DNA of 64,000 nt, from assembly GCF_009914755.1 (NCBI RefSeq), contig NC_060942.1; one strand, written 5' to 3'. The notes under the pieces were generated by a model. That model was not told where the DNA came from and did not search any database. It worked only from the letters and a program-made list of their open reading frames with translations. Positions within the stretch are counted from its first letter, which is position 1. Every line of letters begins with the position of its first letter. Of the stretch, positions 24,572 to 37,441 are shown piece by piece. The position numbers and the translations under genes are program-made. This stretch comes from the human T2T-CHM13v2.0 reference genome, Homo sapiens.

Positions 24572-25782
24572 CCATTCATTCATTCTTTCAACAGATACTT
24601 ATGGAGCACCCCCATGTTTGAGGAGCTGTGCGAGGCCTTGGAGTTGAAGCCGTGAGTAGAAAGACAAAGGCTCGGGCTCAGGAGCTTATATTCTAGTGAG
24701 AAGAGTGACAATGAAGATGCAGCTGCCAGGTAGGGATACCTGCTCTGAGAAGGGGTGTGGCAGGGTCAGGAGATGGAGAGTGACCAGGCTGTTTTTCCTG
24801 AGAGTGGGTGTGGGGTAGCTTTATTTATTGAGCAGATAGGGTGACATTTGAGCAGCTGAAGGAAATAAGTAATGAGACATAGACTGTCTGGGGAGAGCGT
24901 GTCCCATATAGAGGCACGGAACCCAGCCTGTTGGGGAGGAAGGTGTTTACAATGTGGTACAAGGGAGGAGACAGCAGTAGAGAGCGTGGAGAGGAATGAG
25001 GATCAGATTGGACATGTGCATGTTGTGGGGGACAGCATGCAGTTTATTATCCAGTCGGGGCCCTAGATAGTGAAAGGAGGTGCTGTTAGTAATTGCACTA
25101 GGACAGACGTGAGTGCCAGGGTCTGAGGCAGGCCAGGGTGTGTAGCCACCTGACATGAAGGCCAGTATGAGGCGTTGGCTCTCACTCCAGGTGGGTGAGG
25201 AGCCTTGGAGGCTGTCAGCAGAGGGCAGGAGTGGTTGGATGTTAGTTCCATATTGACTGGGAAGCTATAAGGTTTACTGGCAGATTGGATGGGGGCTGCG
25301 AGAGAAAAGGAGGGTTAAACATGACTCCACAGTCTGAGCAACCGGAAGACGGAGTTGCCTCTATGGAAGTGCCAGGAGACTGCTGGAAAATAATATTTGA
25401 GGAGAAATGAAAGAGTTTGGTTGTTCGTTACCTTTGATGCATGTTACCTTTGATGCGTGTTACTTTTGATGTTCTTATTTGACATTTGAGTGAAGGTGTC
25501 ATATTTAGTTAGAAGCAGGAGTCTTCAGGAGATATCCATCTATCTATCTATTTTACTATCTATCAATCTATCTATCTGGTATTAGAAGCCCTCAGAGCAG
25601 GGTGAGATCTCTGAGAGAGTGAGTACAGAGAAGAGAGCAAGGACTGAGCGCTGGGCCCTGCAAAGTTTACAGATTAGAAGGACCAGCCCCAGAAAATAAG
25701 GCTGAGAAGAAACAGGCAGAGAGGTGGGAAGGAGGCAAGTGGCATGATGTCCTAAGCCAAGTGAGAAAAATATTTCCAGGAT
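24572..25782 (-). mobile_element. L2 (L2a-like) 3' ~1.2 kb
   Basis: cattcattcattctttcaacagatacttatggagcacc...caggagcttatattctagtg...gggtgacatttgagcag...ggtttactggcagattggatg. Confidence 0.8.
25427..25474. repeat. 16-bp tandem triplication inside L2
   Basis: gttacctttgatgcat / gttacctttgatgcgt / gttacttttgatgttc. Confidence 0.85.
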
Positions 25783-26789
25783 CTACCACAACCTGTACAG
25801 GATGTTTTGGGACAGCGACTTGGAGCAGCATTTGGTGGGAGAGGACGGAAGCTGTGAGACGTCAGCTCTGAGCCCTGAGTCCAGGGCTGGTCCTGTGGAG
25901 ACAGGGGTTGCTATGTCATGAGCAGTGTGTGTGTGAGTATGAGGTGTGGGGGGAAAGGTAGTAAGAAGCTGAGAAAATGCCTCAAGCTGACCTCTCCCAA
26001 GGGAGTTGGAGCCATGAGTACCTGGGCACCCTGAGGTGAACACTCCTTGCTCTGTGGGTCTCTAGTATCTAACAATAAGACCCCACCTGCACCTATTGAT
26101 ACACCTCAGGGTGAGAGGCAAAGAAACATCACTGGGAAACTACAGACACGCAATCAGGACTTTTCTCTAATGTAAAGAGAACTTAGGGTCAGGATTCAGG
26201 GATCAAATCTAGCTTCCTTGTTTGGCCTCTCTGAGTCTTTGTCCCTTTGCCTCTAAAACTGAGTATTTCCTTGCCTTATCTGAGCTTATGTAAGGGCTAA
26301 ATGGGACATGCTATACCAAAAACAATTTATGGAGACCCAGTTCACTATAAGAGTACAATGCATTCATCTTCTTCATCTTTGTAACTTTCGCTACTCCTTT
26401 CTGTTTAAATTGAAACAGATCTGGAGGCTTGTTTTCTAGAGGAACAACAATGAAAAAAACAAGCAACAGGGAAAGTAGTCTTTGGTTAGTGAGTATTCAG
26501 GAAATTTCGGGGCAAAACAAGGAAGGTGATTGGAACCCTAATAAGATCGCTTCCAGCATAAGGATGACAGTGATGGCAGAGAGGAGACTTCATACTTGGA
26601 CATAGCTTTGTGAGCTCCTAAAGAAGCCCAGCTCATAGTCTGCCCTTCCAGATAGCCTGCTGAAGGAACAGTGAAGTTTGGAGCTGAAACAGCTTCCTGA
26701 GCAGAAATCTAGTTCATTTCCCCATGCTCAGGAGAGTGGCTTAGAAGCCACCATCTCTGCCTTTTTTTCCTGTTGCTGTCTGTGGCTGA

Positions 26790-27320
<531 letters not shown>

Positions 27321-28250
27321 TGATTAAAGGATGCTGCCTGGTCCTCTGCGATGAGCCCACCCTCCAATCCTCATAGTCTCCACTTGACATCAGCAGGGTC
27401 ACGAAGGACTCAGATGACCAAGAGGGGGCTCTTCCTTGAGAAGATGCAAGTAGAGGTATCACCTGCCTAAAGGTCCTGCCCAGGGATAGATGCTTGCAGG
27501 GTCAGGGGACAGGGCAGGGGCGTTTCATTGTGGGAAGAGGGGAAGAGGGTGTGGTGGGGGGCATGGCCTCTGGAGTTGGGGCAGCCTACCACCTGAATGG
27601 TCCGAAGGTCAGGCTTGTAGCAACGGGGTTCCTGGGGTGGGAGGAGGGTGGGGGCTGAGTTTGGTTTTTACTGACGTCCACTTTAGCCTGTGCCAGTCTT
27701 GCCCATGGCAGAGCCCCTGTTCATGCCCTAAGTTTAGACATTTTCCAGAGCCAGCCTCAGGGCAGTGTTTCCCATGAGCACAGAGTTCTGGTTGAGCCTT
27801 CAGCTCCTTCAAGCTGAAGGACTGCTGAGAGCCTGCAGTGAGCTCCCTCAGGGCTAGCATTTTAACCACTTTTAGTGCTTAATTCTGCACAGCCTCTTAT
27901 ATTATCGCATGGGTCAAACTCCTCTCTTCAAGCTGCAGAAGCAACAGGTGTGTCTCCCACCCCCTCCCCCAGCCCTTCCCTTTCCCCTACTGCCCTGCTC
28001 CAAGAAGAGCCTGGCCCAGGGGTCAGGAAGCACCAAAGGTGTTTCAGTGGTGATGCTCCACAGTGACAGTTCGGGCACCAGCAACCAAGTGACGGTGGTG
28101 GGGAGGTGCATTCCAGGCCCCGTAGCCTCAAAAGTCAGCTCGCGTGGCCACCTCCCTTCTGCACCTGAGGCCTTGCGGCTGGCGCTGTGTCTGCTCAGGG
28201 GCCTAAATAAAGCCGAAAAAGGAAGGAGATGCTGTTCGCCTTCCCAGATG

Positions 28251-28269
28251 GGACCACCAGGGGGCAGTG
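28251..28269 (+). promoter_or_regulatory. Candidate CTCF binding site
   Basis: ggaCCACCAGGGGGCAGtg; core 28254-28267 matches the CTCF consensus, inside a locally CpG-enriched patch (28070-28390). Confidence 0.7.
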
Positions 28270-28489
28270 GAGCACACTCGCAGGCTGCAGGCTGCCGGCC
28301 GCCTCAGGACTAGGAAAAGGCGTCGGGAGCTGCTGTGGCAGGGGAAACAGGCGACCCTAGGGTCAGAAATCATCTTCAGAGCACCGGGTCTCTTCTCAGA
28401 GAATGGCAGGACTGTGCATTGGCTTCAAACCAGCCAGCTTTTATCGTCACTCAGAAGCTGCCCAACCCTAACAACCCCATCATCTTTTT

Positions 28490-28600
28490 GTTCCGAATCA
28501 TCACCCTTATTTTACTGGCATGAAGAGCCCAGAGAGGTTGAGTAACTGCACTGAAGCCACACAGCCATGAAAGTGGTCGAGCACTGGATTTTCACAGTGG
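28490..28600 (-). mobile_element. MIR fragment
   Basis: attttactggcatgaagagcccagagaggttgagtaactgcactgaagccacacagc. Confidence 0.65.
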
Positions 28601-28689
28601 GATTTTTTAACGCCAAGGATCTTCCTCATTGCTTTACAACGGTTAGTCCAGTTCTCACCTGGGAAGAAGATGCCCTGGCCCCCTTCACA

Positions 28690-28797
28690 CCATTATCAGA
28701 ATCTCTTGGAGGAGGGAAGGGTCTTTCCTGAATCTCAGGTTTTAACAAGCTTCCCAGGTGATTCTGGCACGCATGTGGAATGGGAATCCTGCACTTG
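28690..28797. mobile_element. MER5A-like hAT MITE
   Basis: atcagaatctcttggagg...gaatctcaggttttaacaagcttcccaggtgattct. Confidence 0.65.
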
Positions 28798-28898
28798 TAG
28801 CAACACCTGACCTGAACTCTATTGTAAAGGAAGCGTATTTTTCCCTTAGTCTCCTTCCCACCCACTCCCCACTCATGCTGAGCTTCCAGTCCCCCACA

Positions 28899-28931
28899 CC
28901 CAGTCCCCAGCCCCAGCCCCAGCCCCAGCCC
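28899..28931 (-). repeat. (CCCCAG)n repeat; G-quadruplex motif on minus strand
   Basis: cccagtccccagccccagccccagccccagccc. Confidence 0.85.
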
Positions 28932-29529
28932 ATGATGTCAACCGTGCACCTCTGAAATCTCCCTCCCGCCAAGGACTTGTCTGCATCCCACCTGGCTTCC
29001 CGTCCTCGCCCTCTGACAGACACTGACACTGAGCTGCCCTTTACCGCCATACCTTCCAAAGTGACAACAAGTTAATCTGATTAAAAAAATCAATTCTGGT
29101 GGGATTAAGATAGAAAGTTGCCCCAACAACCAGCCAATCCCAGGTATCATGGGAATTTAAAACCGGACTTTCTGGACATAAAATCACAGTCTGAGCTTTT
29201 AATCCAGAAATGCTACAACGAGGGTGGGAATTTCAGGAAGAAGGGGGAGAAGCATTTGGAAAGATGGAGATCCTTGACTTTGGGGTCAGGGATTGAGGGG
29301 TGTTTTATCTATACTGTGAAGGTGACAAATGCCAGCTTCAGGTTTTTGTTTTATTGAAAGGAACATGTATTGGTTTTTCCATTATAGAGACAATAGATAT
29401 GCATGCAAAATATCCAAGCAATATAGAAAATTGTAAAGGGAAATGAAAAGCGCAATGATTCCTACCACCTAGCTGAGTTAAGATGTCAGATAACATCTGT
29501 TCTGACACCACTCTATAAGTATGATGAAC

Positions 29530-29770
29530 AATTGCTAAACTTTATTGAGCACCTACTATGTGTCAGACATAGTGCCGTGTGCTTCTCATAAACTCTGCCC
29601 TCTAATTCTCACATGTCCCATAGGAAGGAGGAGATGGAGATTTTATAAATAAGGAAACTAGAACTAGAGAAGTTGAATAGCTTGTCCAGAGTGAAATACT
29701 ATGTGATAGAGCAGGAATCCAATTCAGGTTCCTCTCACTCAGAACCGAAGTTCTTACTCAGCTTCTGATA
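29530..29770 (-). mobile_element. MIR SINE
   Basis: tttattgagcacctactatgtgtcagacatagtgc...ttttataaataaggaaactagaactagagaagttgaatagcttgtcca. Confidence 0.8.
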
Positions 29771-29779
29771 CTGGCTATG

Positions 29780-32027
29780 TATGCAGACACAAACACAACT
29801 TGAAGACATACACACAGAATGCATGCACATACACCACCCCACAAAGCTCTCACATGCACCCTCAGACACACAGAACTCGCATACATACACCACCCCGCAG
29901 AGTTCACACATGCACCCACAGACGCACACACAGAACTCACACACACCACCCCGCAGAGTTCACACATGCACCCCGCAGACACATAGAACTCACACACACC
30001 ACTCCGCAGAGTTCACACATGCACCCCACAGACACACAGAACTCACACACATATGCCACCCCACAGGGTTCACACATGCACCCCACAGACACACACACAG
30101 AACTCACAAACATACACCACCCCCCACACACACAGAACTCACACACACACACCACCCTGCAGAGTTCACACATGCACCCCACAGACACACACACAGAACT
30201 CACACACACCATCCCACAGAGTTCACACATGCACCCCACAGACACACAGAACTCACACACATACACAATCCCTCAGAGTTCACACATACACCCCACAGAC
30301 ACACACACAGAACTCACAAACATACACCACCCCACAAAGCTCTCATGCACCCCCAGACACACACACAGAACTCATACACATACATCACCCTGCAGAGTTC
30401 ACACATGGACCCCCAGACACACACACGAAACTCATATACACACACCACCCCACAGAGTTCACACATGCACCCCACAGACACATACACAGAACTCACACAC
30501 ATACACCACCCGCAGAGTTCACACATGCACCTCACAGACACACACGGAACTCACGGAACTCACACATATACACCAGCCCACAGAACTCACACATGCACCC
30601 CCAGACACACACACACAACTCACACACACTGCCTCACAGAGCTCACACATGTACCCCCAGACACACAGAACTCAACACACATACACCACCCCACAGAGTT
30701 CATACATGCACCCCACAGACACACACACAGAACTCACAAACATACACCACCCCACAGAGTTCACACATGCACCCCCAGACACACACAACTCACACACATA
30801 CACCACCCCACAGAGTTCACACACGCACCCCACAGACACACACACAGAACTCACACAGACATACACTGCCCCACAGAGCTCACACACTCACCCCACAGAC
30901 ACACACACAGAGCTCACACACACACACCACCCCACAGAACTCACACATTCATATGCTGCCCCATAGAGCTCACACATGCACCAAACAGACATACACAGAG
31001 CTCACACACACATACACCACCCCACAGGGCTCACATACTCCACCACACAGAACTCACACATATACCCCACAGACACACACACACAACACAGAGCTCACAC
31101 ATGTACCCCACAGACACACACACACATATACCACCCACAGAGCTCACACACATACCCCACAACCACACACAGAACTCACACATACACTACCCACAGAGCT
31201 CACACATGCACCCCACAGACACACGCAGAACTCACACACCACCCCACAGAGCTCACACATGCACTCCACAGACACACACAGCTCACACACACATACACTG
31301 CTCTGCAGAGCTCATATATGCACCCCACAGACACACACACAGAACTCACATGTAAATACATCCCTCCACAGAACTCACAATGCACCCTATAGACACACAT
31401 ACACACACACACAGAACTCCCACATAAATACACCACTACACAGAACTCACACACAAATATACCACACATGCACATAGAACTCACATGAAAATACATTCCC
31501 CCAGACAGAACTCGCAGTGCACCCTGTAGAGACACACACACATATACACATACACATACACAGAACTCCCATATAAATATACCACACATGCAGAACTTAT
31601 AAATATACCACACATGCACCTAGAACACACATGCAAATATACCACACATACACAGAACTCATATGCATACATTGCAGACAGACAACCCACAGACACTCAC
31701 AGAATGCACACACATACAGTACACACATGTACTTCACACACATTACCACTGACACACAGATCTCTTGCACACACATTGACGGTATACACACAAAGCACAC
31801 ACATACAGTACACACATGTACTTCACGCACATTACCACTGACACACAGATCTCTTGCACACACATTGACGGTATACACACAAAGCTCACACATATGCACA
31901 CACTGCCGACAAAGACAGATAACCCACATGGACTCACAAACCTCATAGATTTACACACAGGACTCACATTACATATGTACACACTAGACAGCGTGCACCC
32001 ACAACCATACAGACACATACACACATA
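29780..32027. repeat. Complex CA-rich minisatellite/VNTR, ~55-62 bp dimeric unit
   Basis: Unit approx cacagaactcacacacatacaccaccc + cacagagttcacacatgcaccccacagacaca, repeated with variable (CA)n; degenerates towards the right end. Confidence 0.95.
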
Positions 32028-32032
32028 AAGGC

Positions 32033-32393
32033 TGTCTTAGTTCATTTTCTGTTGCTACACAGAAATTTATGAAGAGGAGAAGTTTATTAAACTCATGGTT
32101 CTGGAGAATGGGAAATCTAACAGCATGGCATCGGTGTCTGTGGAGGGCCTTTGTGCTGTATTATAACATGGTGGAAGGTATGACATAGCAAGAATGAGGG
32201 AGCGTGCATGCATGCGTGTCCACTGAGGCCTCTTTCTCTTCTTATAAAACCCCCAGTTCCATCATGGGGTCTCCACTCTGATGATTTGTCTAATCTTAAT
32301 TACTTCCCAAAGGCCCCACCTCCAATCAACATGTTAATTTTGGGATTAAGTTCCCAACGCGTGAAATTAAGGAGACATATTCAAAGCATAGCA
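32033..32393 (-). mobile_element. MSTD-like MaLR solo LTR
   Basis: tgtcttagttcattttctgttgcta...tcttaattacttcccaaaggccccacctcc...attcaaagcatagca. Confidence 0.8.
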
Positions 32394-32494
32394 GAAAAAT
32401 AGACCCACACATACATGCATGGGCTCTCTTGAATCTGATTTTTTCTTTTGATTCAATATGTACATAGAAGTTTTATTTTTTTAAAGCTTGCATA

Positions 32495-32814
<320 letters not shown>

Positions 32815-34620
32815 TCAATTGTGTAGATCAATCACATTGTAGCTAATCAAATCCTACTGGTGGTAATATGAGTTTATTTAAAATATTTGTATTAAAATAA
32901 CAAAAAAGGAAAGCTATTGGTTTTTCATGATGTACCAGGCTACATGTATTACGTAACTTAATCTTTACATCAACTCTGCAAGCAGAAACCGAAGTTCAAA
33001 GAATTTTAGAGCTTCTAAGTGCCAGAGCCAGGAACCAGAACTAGGAAGTCTGTCTCCAGACTTACCCTCAATATGGGTTGGCTTTCAATGAACATCCCTA
33101 TAGATATATGTTGCTGTGGGAAAAGCTCCTTCAAGAGGAATTCCAAGTTCAGGCGTATATACATTCTCTACTTTATACTCATTGCTGACCTGGCCTTTAG
33201 AGAAATGGACCAATGAGTGCATTTCTTATTTTCCTTCATTTTTGCCAGGACTGGGTATTTTTATCTTTGCTATCTGTTAGGTAAAAAAGTCATATCTAAG
33301 TATTAGACAATGCCCTTTAGGAAATCAAGTTTTGACTGGCTTGTTTAGAGAAGGCTTTGTGGTGGAAGAAAACATTAACTTTGAAGGATAATTAGCTTTC
33401 CAGTAGCAGAGGATATCTTTCTTGAAGATAGGAACAGTGGCATTAGCCAATGTTCTGGGATTCTTAGTGGTCTTGGGGCTTCAAACCTACTGAATTGCAT
33501 GGGGAAGTCTCTCAAAACTTGTTTGTCACAATGACACTCGGTCCTGAGGCTCAGCGTTTGGAAGATTTGCCTCCTGTAGACATAGACACAGTTTAGTTTT
33601 AGGAGGTGGAGGAGAGAGTGTGCATGGTGCTGAGGAGTCCACCTTCAACTGTGACACTGTGCTAGGACTAGCTTTTGGAAATGGGACACCTTAGAAACAC
33701 AATGGTGGCAGATTTGGGACTCTGTGTGTGGATTATTTACCCTTGGTGGCTTCTCAGGCTTCCCATGCAAAGGAGGCATTATCAGAGCAGCTCTGTGGTG
33801 TCAACTGCTTATACCCTCCAGCCTGAGCTGGTCACTGCTAGAGGATTCAGTCTTGCTGTGTGTTTTAGGCCTAGATCTCACACAGGTAGCTGCTTGCTGC
33901 CTTACAAACCATGGCTCTTCCAGGTCCATGTTTTATTGGATCATGACAGAATGATGCAGGCATCTCTGGAGGTAAAACTGGGTCTGTGCCATATCCCCAG
34001 CCTTCTCCTTGCCTCCTCATCAGAGCTGCCTACAGCAGTCCTGCCCTGTCTCCATCACCACCTGCCAACCTCTTGCTCAGCTCAGAGCCCGTAGAGCCAG
34101 GCAGTACCAGGCAGCTCCCGGAGTTCACTCAGCCGTTGCAGATTTGACACATGATCAAAACTGCAGCTATTCCTTTCTCAAATTCCACCTTCCTGAGTTA
34201 TTTTAAAATCCAGCTTTTTCTTGCCTGAGAGATTGGATTTCCAGCTTGTGTTGTAAATTTGCTTCTAAGTGGGCTCCTTTCGCACGGTGGAAAGGAGAAC
34301 AAGAAAGAAAAAACAAACAAACAAACAAACAAAAACCACCACAGGGGAACTGCTCCTTCCAGAGCCAATGTGGCCTGAAGACTTTTGTTTCTACAGAGAA
34401 GTTTTTGTCCCAAGAGCTGGGGCTGAATAGAATAGGATAGAATAGAAGCTGAGTTATAGCCAGGAGAGAAAGGTGGATGGGCTCTTTCTCCAAGTCTGAA
34501 AAATCTGTCAGGGCCTAAAGAAAAGCAGGCAGCAGGAATACATAAAAGTAGTTGGCTTTATTTTCTCCTTGCACCTGGTTTATAGGTGCCTCTGTGTCTG
34601 TTTACTCCTGGAGCCTTATC

Positions 34621-34709
34621 GGGGTTTCCCCTTGCCTAGCCTGTGCGCAAGGACCAACCTGTGGGCCGGAAGCCTGTCTGACTTCTCTTCTGGTCCAGTG
34701 CACTTCCGG
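34621..34709. promoter_or_regulatory. Candidate enhancer/promoter: kB site plus two ETS sites
   Basis: GGGGTTTCCC 34621-34630, TGCGCA 34644-34649, CCGGAAG 34666-34672, CACTTCCGG 34701-34709. Confidence 0.4.
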
Positions 34710-34799
34710 CCACCCTGGTAGTTCCATACAGATCGGGAGACCAGAAAGGATGGAGTTAATTATGTTTGCCAAATACAACAGACACTGCTTATTTGCATG

Positions 34800-36205
34800 A
34801 ATATTGTTCCCAATTTCTCTTTTATATTTTCTGTATTATTTTTATCACACATTTAACTTTTACACATATGTCGTAAACACAATACATTGCTATTTTTGCA
34901 TTAGTTCTCTTTTAGTGCTGTTAAAAATAAGAATGAAAGAAATTTTATTTTTCTTTCATTAATTCTGTTTTCATCCCTCTTAATTTTATTTTGTGCAGAT
35001 CTTAGTCTCTGATTGATCTTGTTCTTTCTGCCTTTCAAACTTTAATATTTCGTATAATGTAGGTCTTCCGACAATGAGTTTTCACAGTTTTTTTTTTCTT
35101 TTTTTGCTTGAAAAGTATTTATTTCTCCTTTGTTTCTTAAAGGCATTCCTTTTTCTTTCTGAGTATGGAGTTCTGAATATACATTTTTTTCCACCATTTC
35201 ATTTTCTTCATTTGTATGGTTTCTGATGAGAAACTTACTATAATTCTTATCTTTATTTTTCCATAAGTAAGGTATCATTTTTCTCGGGCTTCTCAAGATT
35301 TTTCTTTGTCTTTGGTTTCAAGTTGTTTGAATATGACATGCTTAGTTTGTTTCATTTTTTTCCCTGTTTCGTGTCATAACAATCATTAATTTTGAAAAAT
35401 TCTCAGCCCTTATTTTTCCAACTATTTCTTCAGACCTATAGTCTCTCTTTTCACTTTTTGAGAGTCCTATACATATGCTATACTTTTTGACAGTGTCCCA
35501 TAGCTCTTGTGTGTTTGGTTCTTTTACTACTACTGCTATTACTACTACCACTATTTTCTTTTCTTTCTGTTTCGGTTTGGATCATTTGTCTTAATCTATT
35601 TTCAAGTTCATTACTTCTTTCCACAGCTGTGTCGTGTCTACTGTTGAGTCCATAAAAGGCTTTCTCCATGTCTGTTACTGTTTTCATTTATAGCATTTCC
35701 ATTTGATTCTTTTATAGTTTCCATTTCTCTGCGGAAATTACCCATCTGATATTGCATGGTATCCATCCTTTCATTAGTGCCTTTAACATGTTAATTACAG
35801 TTATTTTAAATTCCTTGTCTGATAGTTCCAACATCTGTGTCATAAATGTATCTGGTTCTGTTGATGGCATTGTCTCTTGACGGTGTTTTTTTTTTTTTGT
35901 AAGTTTTTGTGGAAAGACATACAGCTTGTGTAGGACTTCTGAAGCTGAGGTAAATAGTTAATATGCTTGAAGATAGGCATGGCTTTCCTTCTGATGAAAC
36001 TTTGGGAATTTGCATGAATTTACTTAGGAATTAAGCTGAATTTAAGATTAATTGTTGCCATGGTTACTAGCAATGCATCAGCTGCTTCAAATTGCTCAAA
36101 CACTACCTTGTCTTTAAGCTGTCGTTTCTTTTGCCATGTAGTTTTTCTCCATGTCTAGTTCACTCTCAGCTTTAGGTGTTCCATTTATACTATGATTTAG
36201 AGAGA
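34800..36205 (-). mobile_element. Old L1M ORF1/5' region
   Basis: Minus-strand ORF remnants resemble L1 ORF1p: MEKAFYGLNSRHDTAVERSNELE and QELWDTVKK...EEIVGKIRAENFSKLM. Confidence 0.8.
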
Positions 36206-36430
36206 TTTTCTTTGTCTTTATTTTTATTATTTTTCATATTTTAAATTTCTATTTTTTGTGTGTTTATTGTACTTCAATTTCAATGTAAGAGATTTTTGAG
36301 GGCGTTTTGATTTAGAATATCATCTCTATAATAAGTTATTTCTCTACTGTAAAGATAGAAAGGGAGAAATGTTTCCCCTCAACTGTAATGGACAGTTTGG
36401 AGGAGCAAACACGTAAAAGTGTCCCTATCC

Positions 36431-37441
36431 TTTTCCTTTTTTTTGATTTACAATGTTTAAGTTCAGGGGTACACGTTCAGGATGTGTAGGTTTGTTACAT
36501 AGGTAAACGTGTGCCATGGTGGTTTGCTGCACAGATCATCCCATCACCTAGGTATTAAGCTTAGCATCCATTAGATATTCTTCCTGATGCTCTCCCTCCT
36601 CTCACCTGCCACCCTCCAACAGGCCCCACTGTGTGTTGTTCCCCTCCATGTGACCATGTGTTCTCATCATTCAGCTCCCGCTTATAAGTGAGAACATGCA
36701 GTATTTGGTTTTCTGTTCCTGTGCTAGTTTGCTAAGGATAATGGATTTCAGTTCCATCCTTGTCGCTGCAAAGGACATGATCTCATTAATTTTTATGGCT
36801 GCATAGTATTCCATGGTGTATATGTACCACATTTTCTTTATCCAGTCTATCACTGATAGTCATTTAGGTTGATTCCATGTATTTGCAATTGTGGATAGTA
36901 CTGCAATGAACATATATGTACATGTATCATTATAATAGAATAATGTATATTCCTTTGTTACATACCCTATAATGAGATTGCTGGGTCAAATGGTATTTCT
37001 GCCTCTAGATCTTTGAGGATTCCCCACACTGTCTTCCACTATGGTGAACTACGTTACACTCCCACAAACAGTGTAAAAGCATTCCTTTTTCTCCACACCC
37101 TCACCAGTATCTGTTGTTGTTGTTGTTGTTGTTGACTTTTTAGTAATAGCCATTCTGACTGGTGTGAGATGGTATCTTATTGTGGTTTTAACTTGCATTT
37201 CTCTAATGATCAGTGATGTTGAGCTTTTGTTCATGTTTGTTGGCTGCATATATGTCTTCTTTTATGTCCTTTGCCCAATTTTTTAAATGAGGTCGTTTGT
37301 TTTTTTTTCTTATAAATTTGTTTAAGTTTCTTGTAGATGCTGGATATTAGACCTTTGTCAGATGGATAGATTGCAAAATTTTTCTCCCATTCTATAGGTT
37401 GTCTGTTCACTCTGATGATAGTTTCTTTGGCTATGTGGAAG
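36431..37441 (-). mobile_element. 5'-truncated L1PA (about L1PA10-13), ~1 kb
   Basis: L1 3' UTR plus ORF2 C-terminus ([19 protein letters not shown]...CMFSLISGS; [26 protein letters not shown]). Confidence 0.95.

Noticed and set aside
29781-31355. 524-aa His/Thr/Pro-rich ORF (and overlapping 388- and 474-aa ORFs) as a protein-coding gene
   Set aside because: It lies wholly in a T-poor tandem repeat where all frames lack stops; unit lengths are not held to multiples of three.
29780-32027. CRISPR-like array
   Set aside because: No unique spacers, units are degenerate tandem copies, the context is eukaryotic and there are no cas genes.
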